Shown here: positions 24,819-37,709 of the stretch, one piece after another | Numbering within the stretch: position 1 is the first letter of the stretch | Layout of the letters: every line of letters starts with the position of its first letter | Source of the DNA: Camelus dromedarius | Lineage: Eukaryota | Assembly (NCBI RefSeq): GCF_036321535.1 | Contig: NC_087472.1 | Span: 93,746,001 to 93,810,000 of the forward strand | DNA length: 64,000 nt | Direction of reading: 5' to 3' | Program-made: the position numbers and the translations under genes | The notes under the pieces: generated by a model | Databases searched by the model: none | What the model saw: the letters and a program-made list of their open reading frames with translations, nothing else | What the model was told of the DNA's origin: nothing

Positions 24819-25460
24819 CCATTTATTCTTATGTAACTTTTGTCTTTCAATAAACCTTTGTGAGTTTTTAAAAAATTCTCATATATCTTTATTTTGAGAT
24901 TTATTCTTAGGCACCTTATTTTTTGTTGCCATTTAAATAGTGTTTTCTATTACATTTTTGCCTTCTTATTACTGGCCTCTGTTGACTTTTAGTATATTGA
25001 TTTGTATCTAGCAAAATTGCTGAACATTCTTACTAGGTATAATTGCTTGTTTTAAACTGTATATGTGATCAGTAGTGTCACTTTAAAATAAGAACAATTT
25101 TGTGTCTTCATTTCTCTTTTTTAATACCTCTCACTTTTTTCTTCTATTATTGAATTCTCTAGGAGGTCTGGCACAATGTGTAAAAGTAATGATATAACCC
25201 TATAACTATAATCCATGTGTATTTAACTAAGTTTAATAGGAATATTTCTTAAATTTTAGAGTTAAGTTTGATGATTATGTGGGCTTTTGATGTATAACTT
25301 TAATTGCCTTGTGGATATTTTATTCTATTCATAAATTACATGAACTTTTATCTTTAATGAATATGGAATTATTTCTTCTGGGTGTATTTTGATAATCATA
25401 TTTTTTAATTTGCTGATATAGCTGATTACATTATTAGATTTCCTGATGTTACTATTTCTC
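24819..25460 (-). mobile_element. Old L1ME-type element, right part
   Basis: gagatttattcttaggcacc, gttgacttttagtatattgatttgtatctagcaaaattgctgaac (antisense ORF2 RT region). Confidence 0.7.
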
Positions 25461-25509
25461 CCTAACATTGTAATGACAATTTTATGAATTTGAGGTGGCA
25501 CAAGAAAGA

Positions 25510-25800
25510 AAAGAAAATCACTAAAGGCTTCATTTTCAGGCAGGTTATTACTGTGAGCAAATTACACCTGACCCCACCGGGGAATTCAGAAAGACAAGTA
25601 TAGGATAAGCCTCAAAGTTATCCCAACTAAGGGGTAAGGGAGTTATGCCAACCAAGGGACAAGTGAGTAGTAGTATTTAGCCTCAAATTTCCATCCATCG
25701 TTGGCTGAGGGTAGCTCTTATTGGAATTAAATCCCTAACATATGATATACATGACCCACACACAGGCCTCAAGTGGATAGTTGTAGGTGTTTTCTCTAGG
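25510..25800 (-). mobile_element. LTR16-type ERVL LTR fragment
   Basis: ttattactgtgagcaaatt, ggggaattcagaaagacaagtatag, gcctcaaagttatcccaactaagggg, catcgttggctgaggg. Confidence 0.6.
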
Positions 25801-25846
25801 AAAAATCATTGCTTTTCAGTAGCAGTAAATGGTGGTCACTTTAAAC

Positions 25847-25950
25847 CAGGATTTCTCAACCTTAGAAGTATTGATGCTTTGTGCTAGGTAATTTTTTGTT
25901 ATAGAGTACTATCCTGTGCACTGTAGGATGTTTACCAGTATTCCTAACTT
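25847..25950. mobile_element. MER20 (hAT-Charlie) fragment
   Basis: caggatttctcaacctt..tattga..ggtaatttttgtt..ctatcctgtgcactgtaggatgtttaccagtattcct. Confidence 0.75.
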
Positions 25951-26267
25951 ATTTTTTTACTTCAGTGGATTGAAGGCACTTAACAACAGTCAGCCAAATT
26001 CATGAGATGTATAATTACCACTGTCTTCATATCTTTCAGTTGCAAGTACTAAAGCTATTACATAATCAAATATGTACTTTTTGCTCTATATCTTCTCAAA
26101 TCACCACGTATAAGTTCCTTTGCATTATGAGGCTAAAGTACTCCAGGAATCATCACTACTCCACTTACTACTAGCAGTATGACCCTTGTTACTATTTAAC
26201 CAGTAATTGATTCAAATTCACAAGTCATTCTTTGAGTCTGCTTCTTAAATCCACGGTCATGTCCAAC

Positions 26268-26708
26268 TATCTTAGTTTGGATTTCCCTAGCTTTAGATTC
26301 TGACATAAGAATTTGAGTGAATGTAGTTTTTGTGGAAAGTGATCTCAGAACCTGGAAACCCTGGTAGGAGAATAAAAAAGTGAGACAGGGAAGAAAATGA
26401 ACCAAAAAATTATTTATTGTGGAACAGCTAACTTATAAGTTATCATGGGCTCAATCCATCTAGGTAACTAGGCCCCATAGTTAACTACTCAAGGATAAAG
26501 TAGACTGTGGTATTTATCCTCTAACTCCCTACTGTCATAGCCGGAGGAGAGACATTAACCTGCTGACACTTTAGGCCTGCCCCATTGACAGGCTGAGAGA
26601 AAGACTGCAGCGGAGAGTTGCTGATGCTTCCTGAAGGGTGCTCTTGGTATGTGCTGAAATGATGAGTGCACAGTGGACATGGGCAAGGCACTGACAGCAT
26701 CTGCTCCT
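26268..26708 (-). mobile_element. LTR16C-like ERVL solo LTR
   Basis: tcttagtttggatttccc..ctgacataagaatttgagtg..gtgagacagggaag..ggtatttat..atgggcaaggcactgacagcatctgct. Confidence 0.7.
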
Positions 26709-28729
26709 GTGCTCCACTGTCACTGGACTTCTCTTCCTAATGCACAGATCTGATCATGTCATAGCCCTGATTAAAAATGTTAAATGGTTTCCAAAATACT
26801 GTAAGAAAAATAAATCCAAATACTAAAATTAAGTGAAGCACAGGAGACTCTTTAAAATCATTTCCAAACACCTAATAAGCTATATCCCAGATATGTCCTT
26901 CTTCTCTTTGCTATCCATTTCATTGTTTGACTTTTTATTTAGCTTTAGCTTATTTTCTGTTCTTATTATCCAGAAAGCTTAAAGTTCTTTTCCATGGGGA
27001 AAGTTAGAGAAGAATTCCCTATAACAAGACTAGTGCAGTATGTGCTATTTTCTGTCAAAGATTTTGTAGGTCCAGTAGACACCCTACCCTCTTATCTAAT
27101 GATTACAAGTAATCTGTGTGTATAATTTAAAAAATACGAATTTTGCAGGCATCTGAATTTCCATACTCAAATGCATATCTAATTTGTGATGTATCATATT
27201 ATTTAAGTGATTTCTATAAATTGTTTCAAAGAAGTCATTCTCAGTTTGTGTAAATGGGAATCACTGGTTCTAGTTCCTCAGAAGCTAGGGGTGGGGTGGG
27301 ATAGGGAGTATATTTAATGAACTCCTCTCTCCACTGTCGCTTGCTTCCTTAAATCAGTTTATATGCTGTGGTAGGTGAGTTGCTCTTTCAGGTGGCTCAA
27401 ATTACTACTTCTCCTAATGCCTTCTTCTACTGGTAGTAGGCACTACTGAAAGTCACTTTGGTGATTAGATTGTGTTTCTTGGATTCTCCCATAGCACATA
27501 AAGTCCTGCTGGCTAGTTTTACTGTTAAGGGTACTGAGGCCATGCTGGATGAGTGAGGAAATGGGTAGACCCCTTATTGTCAGGATTCACTCACTGCCGT
27601 ATTTTGTTGGGGTGAGAGTTTCAAACTTCTTCTTACTTTCATCTCTGGTTTTGGCCACTGTGAAAAATTGATACACTTAAGTCCCCTTGGGGAAGTCACT
27701 TTGTCAACCCACTAATGACCTTCTTGTTATATATTCTTTTGCATATTACTTCAGTTTTGGATTCCTAAATGGGACTTTTCCAACAGTCTTGTGCTCTGTA
27801 ATAAAGTGAAAATATTCCAAATCATTTATATTTTCTTTTATGTCTACATTTTAAAAACAACAACATTTCAATATATATTTGGTAGTGTACGAATGAACTG
27901 AATTGAAAGTGTAGAAGAGAAATATACCAAAAGTGATATGAAATGTTTTAGGTTGGAGAGTGTATTGGAAACCACCCCATGGGCCTCCCAATTCTTTTCT
28001 TCAAAAGCCAACCCAAACATTCTCTTTTATGATTTTATCTTTATTGTTGCTACATTACAAACCATAGCACCTTGCATTTTACCTCTTATATTTGCTCTAA
28101 AATAAAATCAATAAACACAGTAAAAAGGAACTTCTTGTATGGTTCTTTTATTGACAATTTTTGTAAAGATTTTACAAGTGTATACCATCAATAAGAAAGA
28201 CATGTGGAAGATAAATTATTATTAAAAATCCTTCATAAATATTTTGGCAACAGTATATTGAAAAAAAATTTTTCTGTTGCAAAGACATTTTTAAAGGTTT
28301 AATTTGGGGTTTTATGGTATAGAGATACATACATGTTTGTATCTATGTAATATAATTATGTTTTAAAATAAATTTGAAAATAAAAAATTTCTTGAGATAC
28401 AGGGCTCTAAAAATATGGAGATAAAAATGATCTTTTTAAAACTGCAAAGAATATGTAATGGCATGTGTGAATGTTATGGCCTGGAAAAAGCAATTAAAAG
28501 ATGGACCAGCCATTATCATGTTAAGGATAAATTGTCTAAAAACAAATTCTCCATGATCTTCAGAAATCTGTCTTGTTCCTAATTATTAAAATTCTCTCAG
28601 TCAGCGACCAAAGATCTAAAACTTGATTTTTTCATTCCTCTATCTTTAGCAGAAAGAGAGTGGGAATAAAACTGCAAATAATACTAATACTCCTATCTTA
28701 ATGTGACAGACCATATACAAAGACAATTT

Positions 28730-29385
28730 AACAATCATTTCAATAAACTATGTTAAATATGGAAGGATGCAGCAGAGATAGTAAAGCCAGCCAGGATGTG
28801 AGGGTAATGTGGAATGTCAGAAAAGCTAATCCCAGAAGAAATACTGCCTAAGTAGATACTGGAGGAGTGGATAAACTACACTGCTATGAACATTCTTATT
28901 CCTGCCTTTTGGTGAATAGGTGAAAGTACTAATGTTGGGTTGATAGCTAGCTAGCTACTTAGATAGGTAGATAGATAGTAGAATAGCTGGGTCAAAGGTA
29001 TACAAATGTTCAGCCTTAGTAGATATTTCCTAACAGATTTTTAACATTTTTGTCGCAGTTTACATCTGATCAGCAGTATATGAGCGTGTCACTTGTTCTA
29101 CAACCTTTTCACCACTTGGAAGGTAAAAGGAAGGTAGGAGCTGTTGGAGATGGAGTGTCAAGGTGGAGTTTGTTCCAGGCTAAGGGATGGCATATGCAAA
29201 GGCCTAAGGAGAAGGGAAAGCATGGCTTATTTGAGCCGCTGAAAATATCGTGATGGTGTATATTTGTGGATGAGCACTGAAAGAAAATGAGACTAAGTAG
29301 TAAGCATAGATGAGATTATGAGAGGCTTTGCATGCCATGTAAAGAGGTTTAAAATTTACCTTAAAGATAACAGGAAGCCAATAAA
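28730..29385 (-). mobile_element. L2 remnant interrupted by an L1ME fragment at about 28878-29119
   Basis: L2 motifs gttccaggctaagggatggcatatgcaaaggcc and gagaggctttgcatgccatgtaaagaggttt. L1 insert ctgctatgaacattctt..gaatagctgggtcaaagg. Confidence 0.65.
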
Positions 29386-29439
29386 TACATACAGCTTTTT
29401 TATGTTAATTAAACTTCAATAAAGTAGTTTTTAAAAAAG

Positions 29440-30390
29440 GAACAGGGGATGTTGAAAGAACATGGTAGCCAACCTTAAAGTGTTCTTAATAGTCAAAGCT
29501 GGAACATTTTGTGCAAAAAAAAAAATAGTATTAGATTTAAACCCATAGAATAAATGAATATCTGTAAGTCCATATAGATATAAATAAGTTACCAAATAAA
29601 TAAATTGAGAAAAAGGAACTGCTCTTTCTGAGAGTAGAATTTCAACTGATGCATGTAGAAGGAAAGAGGGAAATAGAAAACTTACTGTTAAGCACATACC
29701 ATGCTAATAAGTGATATAGATTAGATCCACTGATGGATACTAAAAATAGTGAAAGTTTGATGAGAAACAGAATTTGTGTAGTCTCACAGTATCACCTCAC
29801 CAAATATTAACCACACACAGTGAAATAGTAGCTTTTCAGAGGAAAAACCTTAAAACAATTACCCTAACCAAATGACCATGGATAACAAAACCAGTAATAA
29901 GGCATAATGAAGCCCTTAAGATGTCACACAAAGAAGAATGCAGTATTATATCTGTGATATTCTTGCCAAAAATGTATGGCCTCACTTAAATCATGAGAAA
30001 ACATCAGACAAACCCAAACTGAGAGCCATCTACAAAATCACTAACCAGTACATACCAACAGTATCAAGATTGCAAAAGACAAAGAAAGACTCAGGAACTA
30101 TCAGAGATTGGAGAAGACTAAGTAGACACAACAACTAAATGTAATATGGAATAGGACATTGGATTTTGGAACAGAAAAATGGGAATTAGTGGAAAAATTG
30201 GTGAAATATGAAGAAGATTTATAGTTCAATGAATAGCATTGTACCAGCATTAATGTACTGATTATGATCATTGTTTTGTAAAATGTTAACTTTAGGAAAA
30301 GCTTGATGAAGGATATATGGGAATTCTCTTTACTATTTTTACAAATTTTCTCTAAGTATAAAATCAGTTCAAAGTTAACAGTTTAAAAAA
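29440..30390 (+). mobile_element. L1MC/L1MD-type 3'UTR
   Basis: aatagtcaaagctggaaca, catcagacaaacccaaactgag, gattggagaagactaa..acaactaaatg, attagtggaaaaattggtgaaat. Confidence 0.8.
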
Positions 30391-31047
30391 ATATAATTGA
30401 TTCTTCATGGTAGCAAAAGAAGCAGAGATGGCCATTGCCTGAAACATAGTGACCTCAATAAATAATTGTGAAATGAATGAATAAATAAAATAATGAAAGA
30501 AAATTTACCTAAATCCCAATGTGCTCCTTCAGGTGAGCAGTGACCCAAAATGCCAGCAAAAGGGACCTAACTGTTTCCTAATCATTTATTTCAGAACAGA
30601 AAATCTAAATCTGAAGCTGAAAGTTCTCTTGAGACAAGAAAAATACATAGAACAAGTGGAACAGCAGCTTTAATGTTGGAGAAAGGCAGTACCATCTTAT
30701 CAAGTAGGCCCCTAACAGAAAAGCAGCAACAACAACAAACCAGAGTGGACTAATAGAGGGAGCAGTGATGTTTAATCCACAAGATATGATAAATGTAAAA
30801 AAGTCATTTTAATACCTGTATTTAAACAATTCATGGAAAGGCAAATATTGAGATCCAAAAATAAGTGCAAGTGTCAACCTAAAATATTCAGTAGAAAGAA
30901 AAGCAACTGAGAATTTTAACATCCATATGTTTTTTAAGCACCTTGAGAAGAAGAAAAATAAGAACATCACCACCAAAAAACCCAGAAAAAAAGACATTTA
31001 AGATCTCAAATTAAAGCTGCTTATGGAAGTCTGAAATTATGACTAAC

Positions 31048-31381
31048 TGAGCTGCCCATTGTGTCTGCCACAAGCTTTATGTGGTTATTGCGCACTTGAA
31101 ATCTAGCTAGTCCAAACTGAGTTGTATTGTAAGTATAAAATGTGTATCGTGTTTTGAAGACCAACCTACTATGAAGTAAAGAATGCTAATTATCTTATGA
31201 ATTTTTTATATAGATTACATGTGGGAATGATAATATTCTAGAGATATTCATTTAATAAAACTAGTAATTAATTTCACATAACTATTTTACTTTTTGAAAT
31301 GTGACTACCAGAATATTTTAAATGACTTCTGTGGTACACATTTTATTTATGCTTGCATTATACTTCTACTGGATAGCACTG
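31048..31381 (-). mobile_element. MER33 (hAT-Charlie) MITE
   Basis: atgtggttattgcgcacttgaaatctagctagtcc...cttgcattatacttctactggatagcactg, about 330 nt. Confidence 0.75.
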
Positions 31382-32087
31382 ATGCAGAACATGAAAGAGA
31401 ACTGACTAAGGAAGCAGTATTTTCAACAGCATTGAGCCTTATCAGTAAAGCTCTAGAATTTCTTTCTAATATTTATTTAATATTTATTATTACATCCATG
31501 CTTTCTTTTAAATTTCCACTGGCACCGCCTTTTCACTTCAGAACCAAATTATTCATCAGCTATTTATTAAGCCCTTTATTTCAAGACATGTTGTTCTGGG
31601 GGAATGTGATGAACTGTTGCTGAAGTATCTGATTCTGTAGTCTTCTGATCCTTAAGGGCATGGGGGGACCTGGCTTCTAGAGATGGACTTCATATGGCAT
31701 TTTAAAATTCATCTTTTTAAGTGTCCAGCATAGAATTATGTTTCAATGTATCTTAAAAGATTCTATCCCTTTTGCTAGACTCACCCAGTTTCTGGGTGCT
31801 GCAGGACAGAAGGCTCTGAAGGGAAAAAATAACTTTATTCTTCTCTGTGTTCATACCTTGTCTTCCTTTCTGTTCTCAAATCCTGAGACAGAGAATTTAC
31901 CCATCCCAAAGGCTCTCTTTTATTTTTTCTCCATTAAAATCCAGACCACAGACAGTCCTGATTAAGCAACTCTCTTTTGTTGCTTTTCATTTGACACTGC
32001 TTGGTCCTTCCAAGACAAGGGCCTTCTAAGCAAAAGTGATTTAAGCTTAACAGTTCATACTTAACATATCTCATTTGAGTCCTGTAT

Positions 32088-34338
32088 TAGTTATTATCAA
32101 ACTCTATGGGCTCATTACTCCTGTACTCTGATCAAAATCACTGAGGACCCAAAAAGGTTTTGCTAGTATGGATTATAACTATCAATAGTTACCATTTAGA
32201 AATTAAAATGGAGACAGTTTTAAAAATACTTACCAATTGATATAAAATGACAATAAAGAACCCATTAAATATTTTATAACACTTTTATGTGAAATAATAA
32301 CTATTTTTAAAACAAAAATTAGTGAGAAGAGTGGCATTACTTTAAATTTTTGAAAATCTGTAAGTCTGGCTTAACAGAAGACAACAGGTTACATCATATC
32401 TGCTTTTGCATTTAAGCTGGTGCAATGTTTAGTTTTGGCTGACTGTATAAATAAAATCTGGCCTCATACAGGTGTAGAGCTTGAAAAGGGAGGAGTATTT
32501 TAATAATATTTTCTGATAACACTATACCCAAATAGGCAAGTGGCGCTTTCTTAAAGGTTGGTTATGATGTGAAATTGGAAACCATTATCAATGATTTTTT
32601 TTGTTCTTTGCTACATTATAATCTTGCATGCTAGGTCTTTTGAAATCACAGACTCCCTTTTTTTTTTTTTAAATTTTTTATTGATTTATAATCATTTTAC
32701 AATGTTGTGTCAAATTCCAATGTAGAGTACAATTTTTCAAATATACATGAACATATATATATATATTCATTGTCACATTCCTTTCTCTGTGAGCTACCAT
32801 AAGATCTTGTATATATTTCCCTGTGCTATACAGTATAATCTTGTTTATCTATTCTACAATTTTGAAATCCCAGTCTATCTCTTCCCACCCCCACCCCCTT
32901 GGCATCCACAAGTCTGTATTCTATGTCTATGAGTCTTATTTCTGTTCTGTATTTATGCTTTGTTTGTTTGGGTTTTTTTAGATTCCACATATGAGCGATC
33001 TCATATGGTATTTTTCTTTCTCTTTCTGGCTTACTTCACTTAGAATGACATTCTCCAGGAACATCCATGTTGCTGCAAATGGCGTTATGTTGTCGGTTTT
33101 TATGGCTGAGTAGTATTCCATTGTATAAATATACCACCTCTTCTTTATCCAGTCGTCTGTTGATGGACATTTAGGCTGTTTCTATGTCTTGGCTGTTGTA
33201 AATAATGCTGCTGTGAACACTGGGGTGCAGGTGTCATCCTGAAGTAGGGTTCCTTCTGGATATAAGCCCAGGAGCGGGATTCCTGGGTCATATGGTAAGT
33301 CTATTCCTAGTCTTTTGAGGACTCTCCATACTGTTTTCCACAGTGGCTGCACCGAACTGCATTCCCACTAGCAGTGTAGGAGGGTTCCCTTTTCTCCACA
33401 GCCTCTCCAGTATTTGTCATTTGTGGATTTTTGAATGATGGCCACTCTGACTGGTGTGAGGGGATACCTCATTGTAGTTTTGATTTGCATTTCTCTGATA
33501 ATTAGTGATATTGAGCATTTTTTCATGTGTCTATTGATCATTTGTATGTCTTCCTTGGAGAATTGCTTGTTTAGGTCTTCTGCCCATTTTTGGATTGGGT
33601 TGTTTATTTTCTTCTTATTGAGTCGTATGAGCTGCTTATATATTCTGGAGATCAAGCCTTTGTCAGTTTCATTTGCAAACCATTCCGTAGGTTGTCTTTT
33701 TGTTTTACTTATGGTTTCCTTTTTTGTGCAGAAGCTTGTAAGTTTCATTAGGTCCCATTTGTTTATTCTTGCTTTTATTTCTTCTAGGAGAAAATTTTTG
33801 AGATGTATGTCAGATAATGTTTTGCCTATATTTTCCTCTAGGAGGTTTATTTTATCTTGTCTTATGTTTAAGTCTTTGATCCATTTTGAGTTGAGTTTTG
33901 TGTATGGTGTAAGGGAGTGTTCTAGCTTCATTGTTTTACATGCTGCTGTCCAGTTTTCCCAACACCATTTGCTGAAGAGACTGTCTTTATTCCATTGTAT
34001 ATTCTTGCCTCCTTTGTCAAAGATGAGTTGACCAAAAGTTTGTGGGTTCATTTCTGGGCTCTCTATTCTGTTCCATTGGTCTATATGTCTGTTTTTGTAC
34101 CAATACCATGCTGTCTTGATGACTGTAGCTCTACAGTATTGTCTGAAGTCTGGGAGAGTTATTCCTCCAGCCTCTTTCTTTCTCTTCAGTAATGCTTTGG
34201 CAATTCTAGGTCTTTGATGGTTCCATATAAATTTTATTATGATTTGTTCTAGTTCTATGAAATATGTCCTGGGTAATTTGAACAGACTCCCTTTAAAGAG
34301 TATCATAGATTCCGTGGATTATACTTAGAGAACTGCTG
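32088..34338. mobile_element. Charlie1-family hAT deletion derivative, split by a young L1
   Basis: Degenerate TIRs (tagttattatcaa / ttagagaactgctg). 8-bp TSD tcctgtat (32080-32087) / tcctggat (34339-34346). Internal motifs tgaggacccaaaaagg and tagtgagaagagtggcatt. Confidence 0.75.
32661..34281 (-). mobile_element. Young 5'-truncated camelid-type L1
   Basis: Perfect 13-bp TSD acagactcccttt (32648-32660 / 34282-34294) and poly(T) on plus. About 300 aa of open ORF2 ([49 protein letters not shown]) ending at a TAG in LHC*W. Confidence 0.96.
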
Positions 34339-36089
34339 TCCTGGATAAAAATGTAGGCCTAAATAACCTCCTCGGTTCCTTTCTTCCTGAATGACACCCC
34401 TTTTAAAATGTCTAGATTTTCAATGTAAAGGACATTTCCCTCAATATAGACATAGGATAGAAAGATCTTGGTCAAAAGTAGAATTTTTATCATATCACTT
34501 CTCCCATAAAAATCTTCCTTCTCAGAACAGTTGGTCTCCTAGTAATCTTTTTAAAATGCATTTATGTCAGAGAATCATCTCCATGACATAGATGAAGGAT
34601 TGGAATGAATAAGTTGTCAAGAGTATAAATATAAGTATATGTGGTCAATAAATATTATATATGCACATATGATTTCACACCTTTGTAGTTTTCCCTTATT
34701 AAGTCCCTATTTCTTGATTACAGATGTTAGCAAGTGAAAATATTGACTTAATTAGGCTTCCTGGTATGAAAAATAATGAGTTAAAAATTCAGGTATTTGC
34801 AAGAAATTCAAGTACAAGAGAATTTTACTTACTAATGAATTTTAATAAAGTAAGATGACCATAATTTGCTTGTATGTGTCCCTTCTTATACCTAGAATTG
34901 ATTTGTAAGTAGTCTTCTATCCAGATGAGTTCATTCATAAATGTGCTCCTTTAATGATGTCATGAATCTCTAATTTATGAATTTACTCATTATCTATTGT
35001 GTATCTTTAATATTGATGTATGAATCTTGCTTTTAATTATTTTACTATTTTATATTAGCAGTAGTCCTAACATTTACAAGTTAGCATTCTTTTTCCACAT
35101 TGTCTAGGGGACAGAAGAGTACAGATTCAGCACTTTCTTCTATGTGGTCATGGTGCCAGGCATGACTCCTAGTGAATTTTTTCTTTGATTTAGCAAAGAT
35201 TTATGCAAGGCCCACTCTGATCCTGCTATAGGCTAGCCATACCAACAGACATGCCTGCTTTGGGCTATCATATTTGAGTCATTTTGTTAATTCCCCAACA
35301 GGCTTTTCTGATTGTAGTTGACTTCCTTTGGCATTTTTCCACAGAGAGAGAATATGCTGGTCTGGCTGACCTGACCCTCCAATCAGGTTGACAGTTGTGT
35401 TTCTTATTTTAAATTAATAGGTCACATTCAGGTTTACTTGGAAATATCTTGCGAATTGCTTAGTGTGCGCCAATATCCCTAAGTCTGATCAACACTAAAG
35501 CACTGAAAACATTGAGTTTCTAGACCTGGATCATGATAAATGCATTAAGGAGTTTCCACTGGGTGAGAGCTCTTAGCAGCCAGTTTTCTCTGTTAATAGA
35601 CTTATATGTCAGGATGTCATTTGTCACTTTTCACATATCTGAGATAATATCCATAGGTGAGACAGAATAGATGGCTTGAGCTCACTCTTATGTAGAAAAA
35701 TCACTATTTATTTATAATGGATAGTGGTTTTCTTTAGATAAAGTCACTTTGAACTGGCTTAATGTATTTCAGTATAACAAGGAAGGAGACTTAATTGCTA
35801 TTCTTCAGGAAGGATCTCAAAACTCATACTCAATGCATTATGGGGTTTTTTTTGTTTGTTTTTTTCTTTCTGTATTTTTGCACTGGCTGGCTTGAGATAA
35901 ATTTTAAAATTTTGTCTTGAGAAATAAACCTGCAGTAATTATTTGTGCTGAGACAAAATATAGTCAGGTTTTCCAGAAGTAGGGATAATCCAGGAAGTAA
36001 ATGAGTAACATTTCCTTTTCAAACCATCACCACTAAAGACTTAGAATTAATACTAGATAACACTTTGCAGCGCACAAATGCTTATAACA

Positions 36090-36250
36090 AATATTGTGCC
36101 AGATTTCTCTTAATTACATCCTGACAGATGAAGAAAACAAATATTATTTCCATTGTAGAGGTAAGGAAACAGAGGCCCAGAGCAGTTCCATGACTTTCCC
36201 GAGTTCGCATGGCTTGTAAGATACAGGTGAAACTGTGTCTGTTTGTGAAG
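36090..36250 (-). mobile_element. MIR SINE
   Basis: tattatttccattgtagaggtaaggaaacagaggcccagag..tgactttcccgagttcgcatggcttgtaag. Confidence 0.7.
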
Positions 36251-36694
36251 GAAGAAGCCATAAAACAACAATTCAAATGCATTATAAATTTCTGCTATGT
36301 AGTAATGACTTAAACTAATGTATAATCAAATTACTCTTATGGCACATACTTTAATTTATTAATGGAGAAGTATTAGGTGAATTGTCACTAGAATACTTGT
36401 TTTTTCTTGTCGTTTTGCTGAATGTGTGGCAAGTTTATGTACTGTTTCATCTAGATTTCCCAGAATTCATTCCAACAAAGTGGGGATGCTTTTTTGCTTC
36501 ATCAGAATGGATACATTAAGGCACAGTCAAATGCGTTGGATGCATAAAACATGCAACTTTCCAAACATTACTAGGAGTTGGTTAATAGTACAGATACTTA
36601 CCCCCAACCCCTACACACACCAGTGGGAATTCAGATTAATTCCTTTTCACATGACTCCCATCAAAATAGGAAAAGAAAAGTATGGTGCATTTAT

Positions 36695-37709
36695 TTTTTT
36701 TATTTATTTATTTTTGGACAGTTAATTTTTATTAAATTATGTATTTATGACATACAGTTTTGTTATTTTAAAGTATATAAAGTAGAGCAAACTAATCACA
36801 AATTACAGGAAATTTAAAAAGTGTTAAGTATTGAATAAGCATTAATTGCAAGTGAAAATTTGAGAACTTAGTTTGATATAAATTTAATGACTAATAACCA
36901 TTTATATTCTTAGCACATAAATACTTTTCAATACATAGCATGCAAAAACTTTTATAAAGTCATTTTTTATTTTGTATTCTATTAATATAAAACTTTTATT
37001 TTTTTAATATTTTTTATTTTTTTTAGATGTTTTATTGATTTATAATCATTTTACAATGTTGTGTCAGATTCCAGTGTAAAGCACAATTTTTCAGTCACAC
37101 ATGAACATATATATATTCATTGAGACTTTTTTTTCTCTGTGAGCTACCATAAGATCTTGTGTATATTTCCCTGTGGTATACACTATACTCTTGTTTATCT
37201 ATTCTACAATTTTGAAATCCTGTCTATCTCTTCCCACCCTCCAGCCCCTTGGCAACCACAAGTTTGTATTCTATGTCTGTGAGTCTATTTCTGTTTTGTA
37301 TTTGTGTTTGTTTTTGTTTTTTGGTTTTTTTGTTTTTTAGATTCCACATATGAGCGATCTCATATGGTATTTTTCTTTCTCTTTCTGGCTTTCTTCACTT
37401 AGAATGACATTCTTCAGGAGCATCCATGTTGCTGCAAATGGCGTTATGTTGTCGGTTTTTATGGCTGAGTAGTATTCCATTGTATAAATATACCACCTCT
37501 TCTTTATCCAGTCATCTGTTGATGGACATTTAGGCTGTTTCTATGTCTTGGCTGTTGTAAATAATGCTGCTGTGAACACTGGGGTGCAGGTGTCATCCTG
37601 AAGTAGGGTTCCTTCTAGATATATGCCCAGGAGCTGGATTCCTGGGTCATATGGTAAGTCTATTCCTAGTCTTTTGAGGACTCTCCATACTGTTTTCCAC
37701 AGTAGCTGC
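36695..37709 (-). mobile_element. Young 5'-truncated camelid-type L1 (about 36994-37709) plus 3'-transduced flank (about 36716-36993)
   Basis: Perfect 17-bp TSD aagtatggtgcatttat (36678-36694 / 37710-37726). Two A-rich tails, each preceded by AATAAA on the minus strand. Confidence 0.92.

Noticed and set aside
33435..34031. 198-aa hydrophobic plus-strand ORF resembling a membrane protein
   Set aside because: Antisense shadow of A-rich L1 ORF2. The same applies to the ORFs at 2098-3745 and 23823-24493.
33368..34306. 312-aa ORF, the longest in the window, as a host gene
   Set aside because: It is the ORF2 C-terminal part of a 5'-truncated L1. Its start codon lies outside the element across the TSD and it ends at a nonsense codon.
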